Positions 1-13,785 of a stretch of DNA of 64,000 bases are shown one piece after another. The stretch spans positions 10,788,001 through 10,852,000 of the forward strand of contig NC_092671.1 in the NCBI RefSeq assembly GCF_964355755.1, written 5' to 3'. Positions within the stretch are counted from its first letter, which is position 1. Each line of letters starts with the position of its first letter. The notes beneath the pieces were generated by a model, which saw only the letters and a list, made by a program, of their open reading frames with translations, was not told the DNA's origin and did no database searches. The position numbers and the translations under genes were made by a program. The DNA comes from Antedon mediterranea (taxonomy: Eukaryota > Animalia > Echinodermata).

Positions 1-108
1 AAAATATATGTTTTATTTGGTAGTAGGCCTATAGTAATCTTGTATCGAGTTTACAAAAAATGTCCTAGATATAATCATGTAGCAATGCTTAAAGTAAAAG
101 TGGGATAC

Positions 109-878
109 CGTGATGTGTTGATTGTCTTGTTGTGCTTTCACCAAAAACTTCATCTGGAATACGAACAAAAGTAACGACAAATTAAAACATACGTGGTTAA
201 GTTCATATAAATATAAAAACCAAGTTATTTACTTTGAATAATTAGTTTGATATATATAGTGGGGGCTTTTAGGTCACATAGGGAGTTCACATTTTTGCAA
301 TAGCAACAAATGGTGTGTGTTGGTTCTTCACCTCATACTCTTTCAATTTCTGCTGGGCGCCAAGAAATTTGACCTCAAGGGAGCACCTAATTTGCATAAT
401 TAAAAATGGCGGCCATTTTTACAAAAAAATCCTAATATCTGTACAACCAATTGTCATAGAGTTTTGTTTTTTGTTGTCAAATTCTTCAGAGTAGTGACAT
501 TACTATTTGTTCCAATGAAAAATTTGCAAGATTTTGAACGAAAATATCCCTAACTAACCCTACTAATAGGTTTAATTTGATTAATTTACCATGCTCCCCA
601 AGCCGACGTGTTTCAACATTCAAATGTGGCTCTCTTCTTTCCGTCGGAACTCCAAGTCCTCTCCATCCATTTTGGATAAGTTTCTTCAGAGTTAGACGTT
701 CAGCCAACTTAAGATTTGGAATAAGATCTAAACTGGCTTCATCAAGGTTGTAGAGTGATAAGATGTTTACAAAACCGGCTTCTTCTAATATATAAATAGT
801 TCGTTGTTGCAAACGACATCTTTTCAACTCACGTCGCATGTCATTCAAATCAGCCCATTCATCTTCATTAGACGCCAT
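109..878 (-). CDS. 5' exons of a second copy of the SAM/helical-repeat gene (exon 590-878 SAM-like; micro-exon 109-153); gene continues off the left edge
   Basis: ORF 486-878 is near-identical in its first ~96 aa to ORF 25364-25774. LEEAGFVNILSLYNLDEASLDLIPNLKLAERLTLKKLI fits the SAM helical pattern. Donor CATG|GTAAAT at 589. A 45-nt phase 1-1 micro-exon (DEVFGESTTRQSTHH) is flanked by CAG/GTA and matches 25057-25101. Confidence 0.75.
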
Positions 879-1702
879 ATTTCGAGGCTTAATATAGAAT
901 TATAATATCACATTATTTTCATCATTATATGTAAAATATACTGATGATTAAATACCGGTACCCTTTGTCTGATATAGATACATGCACACATTGAAAAAAA
1001 GTATACGATAGGCCTAAATATTGCGGTTACTTTTTTTGGTTTCTCAAGCTCAACCGGGTTTTTGGGCACTTGATTAGACCACGCCCATACAGTGCTGTAG
1101 GGGATGATAGTCGTAAATATATTTGAACATTTCTTTTCAAACTATTCAAACGTTTAACACTGTTCAAAATTGTTCTATAACAAACTACTATAACGTCATG
1201 AAATTCACGTGAGCTTGACTCATTATTTACATTCAATACTTTTTATAATAGGATTTTAGATAAGGTTTGTGCATACAGCATTTTATCGCTTCTTACACAA
1301 ATATAACCCCATAAAATGTAGGCATAAACCCGTCTGTGCTTGTGATATATGATAACAATTGTAAATTGTATTTTTAATACATAAAATTGTTAACAAATAA
1401 GGACAGAGAAGACATGACAAACATAATGTGCTGAAATGTTATCTAGAAACAACTTGTTATTAATCTAATGTTTATTTATTTAAAAAAAAAGTATCACGAT
1501 AATAATTTGGGTTGATTAGGCCTATATTGTTGGCCCAAGGAATATTTCTGACTGGCAAAAATGTATTGATTAACTTCATTTCATATGCATTGATATTTTT
1601 ATTCCAGGATCAAAAATAAAATAATACAAAACAAAAAACACAATTTGGGAGAATGGAATTTGATGCAAATAAGCATGGATGTTGAGACATGTAACCTTAC
1701 AA

Positions 1703-1779
1703 AATCGTTGAAAACGACATCTTTTTAACTCACGTCGCATGTTATTCAAATCGGCCAATTCATCTTCATTAGACGCCAT
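1703..1779 (-). pseudogene. Truncated third copy of the SAM exon (MASNEDELADLNNMRRELKRCRFQR)
   Basis: Matches 800-878 and 25700-25774. Its upstream flank resumes at ~5680 after a ~3.9-kb insertion; 5680-6330 duplicates 890-1700. Confidence 0.8.
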
Positions 1780-2010
1780 AGTTCGAGGCTTAGGCATGGC
1801 ATCACAACATCGGTGTAGTGTTGGAAATAATAATTGTTTAGATTGTATATATTCGTAATCTGTATTTAATAAGCTTTAAAATGAGCCGTTGTTTATTAAA
1901 ATTGGCTTATTATATGAAGAGTTATTAATGAAAACATACGAGTCACTTTCTCGCTCAGGAAATCTTCATTTTGAGAAAATCAACAATGAAGTAGCGACGT
2001 CGATTAGCTT

Positions 2011-5000
2011 GGCCTGGCCGCGATTTTTTTTTCGTACATAAGTTGGGGACCCCCTCCAGTCGGGCAGCAAAGTGGTTGACCTCGCGAATTATTACCAAAT
2101 CAAAATTTGAATTGCCGCCATCTTGGAATCGCGATAAAGCAAGTAGTGCGGAATTACAAAATGCAGCAAAAAAAAATGTCAATAACATTTAAATAGCATA
2201 TTCATACAATTAAATTTATATTAATAAAATTCAACTAAGGATTTTACGAAAGATAGGCTACTTAAGAAATACTGCCGAGATCGGTTCCCCCACACGGCGT
2301 AGGGTACCGCAGTGCTAAGGGGCCTAGGTAGGAAAAAATCTGATTTTACCTGTTAAACATGCTTGAACCAAGGCCATTTTAATATATATTATCCAGATTA
2401 TATATCAAAACAAACTGATAAAAGGATTTGTTGATTTGCTTCTGATGAGAAAAGTGCCGGATTCATTTCGCTGACGGCGAATGAATACACGAATTTTCGC
2501 CATTTTCTAGCACTAGCCTTGGGTACCCAGACAGCTGATAACGATTATATTCGATTGTCCAGACGTCTCTGCTACTGGTGCTCAATACTACAGTATGTAT
2601 TACTATGGACCTATAGGTCCATGGTATTACTGTACATAATAATAGTACTGTATGTTTAGTTTTTGCTTTCTTTATGGCAAAATAAATATTTAATTTTTAT
2701 TATTGCTTATTTTGCTTTAACTTTATCCAAGAAGAAGTAAATATTATTATATATATGCATATTACAGTCAAGTTGCAACTGCCACGAATCCACTCCACTT
2801 TGGTTACTAACTAAATAATTAATAGTATAACATCATAACTAAAACAAAACAAACATAACAAATTAACAAGTTAATAAATTAACCACCATTAAATAATTTT
2901 ATTTACAAAAAAGTATTTTACATACAGTATAACATGTAATATCATATTTACATCGAAGTAAAATATGCCTATCAAACTATCTTGCTCAGGCTAAAATATC
3001 AAGTTATATATGTCAATATTTGAGTTAAATCATCGCGATAATAAAAATTTTTATTTTTTTTTTATTTTTAAAGACATCTGTTACGTACATCAATTTACAA
3101 ATATCAAAATAGGATTGTTTTTGCAGCACAAGATGAATCACAAGTTTATAGTTTATTCTTAGAAACCTGAAAGAAAAAAAAAACACCAATAATGAGCTAT
3201 TCATAGTTAAATAATTTTAATGTCAACTTTAGTCATCCTAAATTTTGTCGCCATGATCACTACTATACACAATACTGTATATATAAATATCATATGTACA
3301 ACCATCCAAATTACCTCATCCTACCTACAGTCCTTCCTAGCCTAGCTAGGCTACATTATTGTCATATATTTACAAACCTCCAACAGCCACAACGTATTTT
3401 CTTTTCTTTGGCAAAGAATTTCCCGTAATATAGTCCTAAATTAATTAAATAAAAAGGTCTAGGCCTAGGCCTTTCTTTAAATATCCGACGATATATATCC
3501 ATATTAATCCAGTGGATATAGATTCAACATTTTAAACATAATAATAATATGGCTTCACATTGATTATAATAAGTCGGCGATATGCCACTAAAAACTAGCC
3601 TGCGGCCCTCTCTATCCGCCTACAAATAGCACTGGGTTTCCGTCAAATGGGCTAGGCCTAGCCTAGGCCTAGATAATACTACAAGTTGGGTACATTTTTT
3701 TACAACCAAATAATCTACAATTATATTGCAATATTTACCAAACTAGCACCAAATCCAAAATAATAAAGCTACTAATAACATATTTTGGTATATTAACTGG
3801 TTTAAAAACGGATTGCACATAGTGATTTTGATGGATTGAAATTACTCAACCACACGGCCTGTACTAAACATACGAATCCAAGATGGAGTCTGCTTAGAAT
3901 ATATCCCCAGCTTTGAACGGATATTGAATCCGTCCCACAAGCTGAACCAAGCTTAAACTTTCAGAAAAGATAGATTAATAACCTAATAACCAACCACTAA
4001 GTTTTTATAAAGGTTCCGTGCTGATGAGAAAAGTGCCGGATTCCCTACGAAACCAAACAAATAAATCATGTAGCCTACCTCAACGAACACCTCCATCTGC
4101 ACTTTTTTCTTCAATAAGCTCTGTCGTCCTTTCCTGGGCTATTTATACCAAAATTTTGTGGCGGGAATAATCTTCCATATTAGGAGTAACAATTTCCAAA
4201 TATAGAAAGATATAATTTAACCCGGATGGTGGAAATTGCAGCAGATTTGTAAGGGTATTCCCATGCAAAATGCTTGCCGCGAAGTGAAAAGCGAACCGGA
4301 AGTCACTATAACTTGGCGATGCTCAGTGACCTGCGCAGTTAAAAAACAGCGTTTTAACGGTTAAATGAGCACTTTGCTGCTCGACTGCTCATGAAACGTC
4401 ACAAAATAAACATGAATAATTCATCAGTTAAATTTGTTGTTCCGTGTGCACCCAAGTGTATAGCAACAAGAAGTGATTACATGCACATCAACCATGGATT
4501 AAAGAATAGAATATTCTTTTAATCCATGGCACAACTAAACTGCGATACGATTCTTTCTACAGTAGGCCTAGGATTCTAGGTCAATTCACGTGATTGCCTT
4601 CGCGCACTCTTCTTCACACACACACTACCACTATGCAAAATGTGTCGAGGCTAATCGACAGCTAGGCAAGACATTAAACTAAGTAGTAATTGGACATAGC
4701 CCAAAGAAAGCTTAGACCCACAAGAATAACAAATGTGTATAATTTGTGTACTGTAATTTTTTAATTCTGCTATTTTATTATCAAACAATATGCATGTAGG
4801 CTACTCAAAGGAACTTTAAAAATGCGCGTATATGAACACATGAGATGGGAAGATTAGACCCATGAGAATAAAAAATGTATTTTTGTGTAATGTTTATTGT
4901 TTAATTTTGCTGACTTTATTACTCGGACTGTGTCATACCTAACACACACACACGTCAGTGTCACACACACAGCTACTACTAGAATCCCACGCGGCAACCA

Positions 5001-5174
5001 CAGCGGAGATTAGGCCTAGAATCGTACCGCACTTGTGTAATCACTTCTTGTTGCGATACGCTTGGGTGCACACGGAACAAGAAAATTTAACTGATGAATT
5101 ATTCATGTATATTTTGTGACGTTTCATGAGGGGGTCCCCAACTTATGTACGAAAAAAAAAATCGCGGCCTGGCC
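2011..5174. mobile_element. Non-autonomous DNA transposon-like element with ~43-bp terminal inverted repeats
   Basis: ggcctggccgcgatttttttttcgtacataagttggggacccc (2011-2053) is the near-exact reverse complement of 5131-5174. No intact transposase ORF seen. Confidence 0.65.
4388..5130. mobile_element. Nested MITE with ~95-bp terminal inverted repeats
   Basis: ctcatgaaacgtcacaaaat...aagaagtgattaca (4388-4481) pairs with tgtaatcacttctt...gtgacgtttcatgag (5036-5130). Confidence 0.7.
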
Positions 5175-7149
5175 TAGCCAGCCGATCATCGCGACAAGAC
5201 TCTCTTTCAAAACTCGCTATTTTCTTCTCAATAACCGCAAACTAGTCGAAAATATATCACTGTGTGGTACATAATATTATATTTTTTGTTATTTAAAAAA
5301 AATATATGGATAAAAATAACGATTAGCTTCCTAAATATTCACAAAATGTTGAAACGTTCATTCGAGAAACTACGGTGGAAGCCAAGCTTTTCCATCGTAA
5401 ACAAAAGTTTCAGCCAATCAGAGAGCGTAATTGATTTCTATAGCCAATCACAGTCAAGGATTTACAAATTGTTGTTAGAAATTTCAGCAACCTAACACCT
5501 TAAAAAAAACAATTTCCATTGGCTAGATTAAAAAAAATCCCTTAATTAGATTGTTAAAAATTATGGTAGCTGATATATTTTTATAGGTACCAAACATGAC
5601 GTGTTCGGTTAGCGGTTTGTTTACAAAAGCGCTGTAAAGAAAGTTGATTTTTTAGTGAACAAAAATACAATTCGATGCTTAATATAGAATTATAATATCA
5701 CATTATTATCATCATTATTTGTAAAATATACCGATGATTAAATACCGGTACCCTTTGTCTGATACGGATACATGCACACATTGAAAAAAGTAAATGACAA
5801 ATATTGCGATTGAGATTTACCGAATTCGGACAACTGCCAAGTTTACTTTTTTTGGTTTCTCAAGCTCAACCCGGTTTTTGGGCACTTTTTACTTGATTAG
5901 ACCACGCACATACAGTGCTGTATGAGATGATAGTCGTAAATATATTTGAAAATTTCTTTCAAACAATGGTATTTTCAGAGAAATTTTAACCTAGAATTTC
6001 CAAAAGTAATAATGCAATTGGTTGTCTCCTTTGAATATACAGATAGAGATAACTAAATGTAAATATTAAATATATATAATGTTGTTACCAAATAAGGACA
6101 TGGCGAACATAATGTGCTCAAATGTTAACTAGAAACAACTTATTAGTTCAATGTTTATTTATTTTTAAAAAACGTAGCACAATAATAATTTGATTATTGT
6201 TGGTCCTAAGAATATTCATGCATTGACATTTTCATTGCAGGGTCAAAAACATAATACAACACAAAACATAAATTGGAAAATGGAATATGATGCAATAAGC
6301 ATAGATGTTGTGACATGTAACCATACAAAATCATTACACGTTTATTGGTTTGGATTTGCCAGCTGTGAATACCCATACAAAATAAAAGACATGTAAGAAA
6401 ATGAATACGCTTTTGAGTTATTTTGGTTAATAAAAGGTAATTGACTATTAGGGTACTATATTCTCATCAATGGACAAGTACTTACTGTAAAAACCTTGTC
6501 GACTCATCTAGGACCAATAATGATGTACCGAACGCCATTATTTAATTTATTGGGATTTATTTTATTTTAAATCCTATACAAATAGTTTTTTTTACAATTT
6601 TCGAATTCTTAATATTTATGATTTGAATAACTTGAAATAGCTTCATTATTACAGAGTAAATAAACAAACCTTTCTCTTTCATTCATACAATTTATTCATA
6701 CCTACTCCACAATTATCAGACAAGATTTTCTGAAAACAACTCAATCACCCTACAATTCCGAATACATTCCATATTTCTAACATAGTAAACCATCTTTGAA
6801 CATCTTAAAATGTGTTCTTAAATTTTGTAATTTAATATAATTAATTATAGCCTATATTAAATTAAATTTGATTTGTATTAACAACCTTTATAGATTTGTT
6901 GTGCTCTAGCATCAAACTTAAAATATGCATCCTCCATTTATGCGTCGAAATAATCTAAACAACTAAAGTTGAACTGGACAGGATTCTCAGGATGTAGGTA
7001 GTTTTAATCCTGTAATCTCTTTTAATCCCAATTTATGTAATGTTATCTATTATCTATGTATATTAGTATTTGATAATGATTGTACTTTATTGAAAAAGAA
7101 AGTAATGAGAAGCTTAAATACATTTCGCTACTACCGAACACCTATTACA

Positions 7150-9640
7150 CTTAGTAACTAACTATAAACGTAACCGTAAATTTAAGACAAATAATTTTAC
7201 ACGAGAAACAACAAACAAAGATTATCAGAGCTCTGAATGCTAACAATTCCAGAACATTTTGGCAAAAACTAAAAGAAACTAAAAACAACTATGCGACAGA
7301 AATTAAAATTGATCGTTGGTTCAGTCTCTGTTGCAAGATCATGAAAGTACTGGCAAAAACATTGCCGGTAATGGTGATTTAATTATGTTATAGACTGCAA
7401 TAGTATTACTGTTAAACAAATAGTAAAACTGAACAATGATATTACGATAGAAGAAGTCAAAATTGCAATTAAATCTCTTAAATCTGGAAAAGCACCTGGA
7501 AATGATGGTCTATTATGCAAGTTCTTTACCCATGCTCCCATAACATACGTTCACGTAATAACTAATTTTTTCAATACAATTTTTACTTCAGGTAATTTCC
7601 TAAGTAGATGGGCAACTAGTAGGCCGATTTTTAAAAAAAGAAATACCTATTATGTGTAAAATATATTTGAATATCATTAATAACAGAATGTATAAGTGGG
7701 CTGAAGAACATTTTTTCTGTCATGAAAAGGCGGGTTTTCGAAAACAATATACGTATTACTGACAATATTTTTATTTTAAACACTATTATAACAATATATT
7801 TATGCAAAAAGAGAGGGAGAGTTTATATAATATGGCGTTTATTGACTTTAAAAGGGCATTTGATTCGGTTAATCATAATGTTTTAATTTATAAACTTAAG
7901 AGCTGGGTTTGATGGTAAAATTGTTTACACTATTATTTCAATGTACTCTAAATTATCAGCACAAGTTAAAGTTAATAAAGTAACTAGAAACACATTTCGA
8001 TGTAATATTTTATCCAGCAAAGATCAGCACTCTCTGCTTTTCTTTTTAATTTTTATATAAATTACCTCAGTGAGTCTCTAAATCTTACTAGTTCAAGAAG
8101 TAAAATTCAAATTGGTGATATTTATATTAATCATTCACTCTATGCCGATGATTTCGTTTTTATTCGTGATAATGTTTTTAACCTAAAATGTACAATGGTT
8201 TACTGGTTAACATGTCAAAAAACTAAAATTGTTGTTTTTAAAAGAGGGGGTAAATTGAAGAAAAAAACAGAGAAGTGTTTGTACAAAAACAATGAAATCG
8301 AAATCGTTAATTCATTTAAATATCTTGGTATTACGTTTATTTATATTGGTTACTTGGTGAAAACAATCGAAAATAATTATTTACAAGCAAAACTGCCTTT
8401 TTTCTGTAAACACTTTGATATACAAACGCTTTACTAATCTTCCTATTAATATTTGGAATGTTATTTTTGGTTCTGACATCTAGGGTTTTTTAAATATCTA
8501 TATTGGACACTGCTATGAGATGAACAAGTTTTGTCATGAGGTAATTTCCCGATTGATCGTAATCAAAACGGTACTGGGTTTGGTCTACTAGCGTTCCTGC
8601 TCCCAACCAGTACATCCATTCATAGAAGCCTTAATGAAGTAAGCCTACCTGGTGGTGGCCATAGAACGGTCCCGAGATAACGACTATACTTCGGCTTTAG
8701 TCGATAGAAGATTGAATAAATTGTTAGAGATAGAGTATACGATGTTATGATTATGTGTAGATATGTGATTTGTTCTTTTTATTCCAATGATGTTATGTAT
8801 TTAATAAATTTGTTATATCAAATAATTAAATTATCGTAGATTGCATATTATGCGATGAATATTATTTAATAAATTTTTGATATATTATTATTATTATATT
8901 AATAAAAAAGATATTTGTTAGTATAAATTAAAAAATATAGATATAAGGAAGAAAAGCAAAGAGATTATGGAGCGGCTGTACCAGAATATACAACACTAAG
9001 TATTGTAAAGTTAATATATTAAAAATTTAGGCGATCTTGTCAAAGGTCAAGCGCCTTCAGCCTGCCACGTTTCGATATTCAATATTGAACTTGACCTTGA
9101 GAGTAGGAAAACATGCCCCAAATTTTGCAGTACAAGGTGAACTTTACTTGGTAGATTTCCGTTAAAAATTTAGTTCTTTTTAACATTAAAATTCTGGTAA
9201 AGACTTTTAAACTTGGACAAAAATAGAATTTTATACTAATGCAATTTTTTTCAACTAAGAAAGGCAGAAAGAGATGAAGAATGTTGGGTTACACAAATTA
9301 AAAATCTATTATTTTCAATTGGTTTTGGATATGTGTGGTTGCAACAAAATATTGATAACAAAATTATATATGAAATGAAATTACGTTTACAGGATATTCA
9401 ACAACACAAATGTATTGAGAACACTCGCATAGACAATTGTTAACTAAATTTCGTCTAGGAATTCTTGATATTGAGGTGGAAAGGGTAGATGGTATGAAGA
9501 GAGAGAAACCAGAATATGTAAATTATGTAATATAGGAATGAGATAGAAGATGCATATCACTTTCTGTTAATTTGTCCGTTCTTTAAAGAATTACGTTAGG
9601 AGTTATTACTAATTACGTTTTATAATTTCCCTTCTAATGG
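7150..9640 (+). mobile_element. Degenerate non-LTR retrotransposon RT region (RTE-X-like), itself interrupted at ~8510-9230
   Basis: Fragmented motifs: KSLKSGKAPGNDGL (~7470), FIDFKRAFDSV (~7840), LYADD (~8140), IEIVNSFKYLGI (ORF 8195), C-terminal RICKLCN..EDAYHFLLICP (~9510-9580). Many stops and frameshifts. Confidence 0.8.
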
Positions 9641-10381
9641 CTTCCAGAAATATTACTTTAGTCTTAGGCCTGTTCTTAAGCGCATAATGCAAGTTCGTTA
9701 CTTTGTCATATCATAAACGAATAGATTTTCACCTTTCAACAAGGAGTTCTTGTGTGAGGACGACCATTTTTCACGTTCCTCCTTTCCCATCATGGATTCG
9801 CCTCTCATATAATTATGCCTATTTAATTTAATTATTTCTTATCGGAAATAGAATAAGCCGTTAAAAATAATGTTTATCAAAATATACTAACCTTTAAACC
9901 GAAAATGTAATGATCCGATGCATTTAAAACAAGAAGCGTCGATTGGAATAATTATGTTTTATTCAAATAGCACATAGGCATAAACATACCTGAATGTTAA
10001 ACCATCAAATAAGGAGATGTCGTACTAATACCCTTCCTCTAACATATACGCCCAGCAAGAAAAATAATGAAACATTTATAACGCTTGGAAAATTACAAAC
10101 GTTGTTTGGGTTCGGATAATCAACACTCTGATTGGCTGTAAATTTATGGACAACCATATCAAAAATAACATCATTTAACGGTAGAACAAGCTATTTTTAG
10201 CTGTAGGCCTATATGGGAAATTACAGGATTTGAGAATTCATTGTTCTTTCCAATCCATTGTTGCGCGGCCCAATCAGGTCTATAGATATTATAATTGTCT
10301 TGTTCGCACCACTCCTCTAAAAAGACATTTACATACACACACATTTACCTACCATGTCGTGGATTACAACAATAAATATCA

Positions 10382-11555
10382 ATTTTATTCCCCATAATGA
10401 AAATCGACGTCAAGTTGAAGTTTCCAGGCAATATGCAACACCAGTTTCGGGGTGTCACGAAAGCTCAGACCACGAAAGCTCAGACCCCCTAAGACCTAAG
10501 ATCACGAAAGCTAAGACCCAACACCTAAGATTACAAATACTAAGATATACTACAGCTTAAAAACAATACTTGTTTATCCATACATAATTTTAAACACAGT
10601 AGGTTTCATTTATTACCATAAATATAATTTAATACTACCGCAAAACATAGATAAACTCACATTATTTTCGCCCGTTGAGTAAATGTATATTTTTTCTTTA
10701 CAACAAACAAACTTGACGGGTTGTTTGTTGGTATATATTTACTCCATTGTGTTGCTTCAGAGGATGTTTTTCTTACGCACCTGCCTTTCTTGTATTTTGA
10801 CTCCAAATTTGTTGACTAACTTTATCCTGAACACCACACTTTAAAATTAGGACTTATAAGTACTTTCAGAAGGAGAAACACATAATAACAAATAAATAAA
10901 TCCTTTAAATTGATGATTTTACAGATGTGTTTCTTTGTATACTGTAATGTAACTCCTCGAGCTCCCCATGCTCAATGTTTTTGTTTCTATGGAACGCCAA
11001 AAGAGCAACAATAATAGTACAAGTATAAAAACAGAAAGAAAACGAAACAAAAAAACTTATCATGATTTTTAAATTAAAATTTATTTGCCAGTATTTATTT
11101 CTTCGTACTTGCATGATTATACTATTATCATTACAATTTTAATTTTACATTGTTCCATCCACACTGTAGATGGACTCCACAGAGTTTTCAGCCCTCTATA
11201 TAATTTTTGCTCTTTTGACGTTCCATAGAAACAAAAACATTGAACATGGCCCATGGGGTAGGCCTACTGTACTGTAGGCTAGTCATTTTGTGTGCGAGAA
11301 AAACGTCTGTAAAATCATCAATTTAAAAATGTATTTGTTACTTTTTATGTGATTCTTTTTCATGAAAGTGCCAATTCTAAGGTGTGGTATTCAGAATAAA
11401 TGTTGGGAGTTAAAATACAAGGCAGGTGCGAAAGATAAATATTTGTAATCTTAGGTGTTGGGTCTTAGATTGTGGCGGGATCTTAAGAACTCGTTAATTT
11501 ACAATTTACACACAAATTAAGTAATACACCTGGTAATTTTTACGTGGTATTATAA
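10382..11555 (+). pseudogene. Death-domain gene pseudogene, internally deleted and split by a foldback insertion
   Basis: 10409-10445 (caagttgaagtttccaggcaatatgcaacaccag) and 11470-11555 (tgtggcgggatc...ttacgtggtattataa) match exon 2 of the intact DD gene (16520-16703). 10382-10408 matches the DD upstream region. Confidence 0.8.
10446..11468. mobile_element. ~1-kb foldback/MITE-like palindromic element
   Basis: ctaagacccaacacctaagattacaaata (10511-10539) is inverted at 11440-11468. Further nested inverted blocks at 10770/11410, 10908/11305 and 10965/11200. Confidence 0.7.
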
Positions 11556-13139
11556 AATTGAGGCCTTAGACTAGTTACACAACAGTGCTGTAAATTATTT
11601 TTCTTTTTATATAGCGACAACAGAGGGCGTTAAATTTATTCAGCTCAAGTAAGACACGCCATGTGTGCCAAAGTGATTTCTTTTTGACGAAATCTTTAGG
11701 CCGAATTCGACGAACCTATTGTAGGGTCAATAGTTGTTTCTTTCTCCGATTCTCGAGTACGCCAAGTGAGGCCTACATCTGAATTTACATGGTATCATGA
11801 ATTATAATTGTATGTGAAGTATTTCCGTCGTGTTTAATATAATCGATAAACAAAACCTTTTCGCGGAATTTCTAATTGCGCGATGGATTGAAAAAATTAT
11901 AGTCAATAAATGTTATTCTTTTTACACTAAATAATTATTGATTTCTCGTTGTTTACTTCGTGTAATCATTCATACAGTGCGATCGCCTCCACATTTGTTT
12001 ACGAAATGTCACTATTATACAAGGCAGCCGCTCACGAATAATGGATCGACATATCCGACAATTAATGAGTCGTAACTTAGCAAAGGTAACATTGTTAGTG
12101 AATAAAATGCCAATAAATATGGTTCATGGTGCATTACTACGCATCACAAGTAAAGAACGATTAGAATGTAGTTTCAATTTCAAGTATTTGAGATCAGCAA
12201 CACAAACAAACATATCCCATGACATTTATATATTGAAGGTTCAACTCAAATTCTTTTGAACGATTACTTTAAACTTTAAACAACGCTTTTTTATCAGCGG
12301 CGCACGCTTATAAAACGGTGCGTAAATGTAATACAGTTACAAAAATAAATCACTCACTAAACGAGAGCTTACACACTTGTTTCTAAACTACGACAGGAGT
12401 TTTAAGCTGTGTTGCTATCATACCCTCTAGTAATTTTAATGTAATCTTATATTAGATGTTGAAATGTCGAGAAAGTCTCGACCTAACCGACTCAAAGGAT
12501 GAGGGGAAATAAATAAGAACAAGCGAGGCAGGATTCTATATAAGTCATGGTACATTATTAATGATCTACGAAAGTAGACCATGCTCAAATAATTCATCTG
12601 TAAAATAAAATAAAGAGCTTTATTGCTATAAACAAACAATTCATAAATAAGTAAAAATATAAGGTCCATAATGGCGACGACCACAATAACGTACCTGGTT
12701 TATAGATATATTTGAAATTCCGTCTAATTTTAATAAAAACAGTTTTCGTGAAAGTGTTATATGTATACGGGATACATTTTTTTAACTGTCTGTTAATGGT
12801 AACTGTCTTATGGGAATGACTAACTTGCATTATTTCATTATGATAACACTGTTTTTTAATTTAACGCCGTTTACAATAATGTTTTATTTCGAGTAACATG
12901 TTTTATACCAAGTTAGTAATTTTTATTGTTTCTTGATTACAGAAATCGAAAAAAAATAATTACATTATTACGAAAGTTACAAACTATTTTTGCTTTTTGC
13001 GGCTTTCAAACTCAATGCAACAGGACATATATTTATTTATATATTTCAACATTGACATTAATTAACCTGTCTATGTTGGCGAAGGAGGGGCGATATTACC
13101 GCATCAACATAGGCCTAGACCTAAACCAAAAATACTTTT

Positions 13140-13785
13140 ACATATTCAAACTATATATACAAAGACCGTTGGTGCGGCTGCAAGTTATTCATTATCCTAA
13201 AATGCCCAGGCCAATACAAAGTCATAACAAGACAGCCGAGCTTGGTTCCAGTTGGTATTATTGTTATATATTATTTATTATTATGCTTTTTAATCATAGT
13301 TTTAGTAAATATTTATTTTACTGACGTAGGTTTCCGAGAAATCAGAACAATAGTTCTTTAGATTTAGTAATGATTCGTTGGTTTCTTTGATAGGTGGCGT
13401 TTTGGTAAATTAAAGAAATTGATTGGAATCATTGATGCAACTCAAAATCGATATAAATACAAACAACGTCGATTATGACGTACCTGGAGTTGACATATTT
13501 CAAACTATATACAAAGACCGTTGGTGCGGCTGCAAGTTATTCATTATCCTAAAATGCCCAGGCCAATAAAAAGTCATAACAAGACAGCCGAGCTTGGTTC
13601 CAGTTGGTATAATTGTTATATATTATTATTATGCTTTTTAATTATATTATATCACACAGATAAAACGAGTTTTAGTAAATATTTATTTTACTGACGTAGG
13701 TTCCGAGAAATCAGAACAATAGTTCTTTAGATTTAGTAATGATTCGTTGGTTTTTTTGATAGGTGGCGTTTGGTAAATTACAGAA
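13140..13785. repeat. Local tandem duplication (~280-bp unit, two copies) separated by a fragment also present at 15020-15105
   Basis: caaagaccgttggtgcggctgcaag...ggtggcgtt occurs at 13160 and 13512. attgattggaatcattgatgcaactcaaaatcg occurs at ~13418 and 15020. Confidence 0.85.

Noticed and set aside
2443-2465. CTGATGA as a hammerhead core (also at 4021)
   Set aside because: No stem II followed by GAAA.
12041-12259. Conserved ORF shared with 41004-41255
   Set aside because: Frames and stops differ between the copies; the similarity is explained by segmental duplication of non-coding flank.
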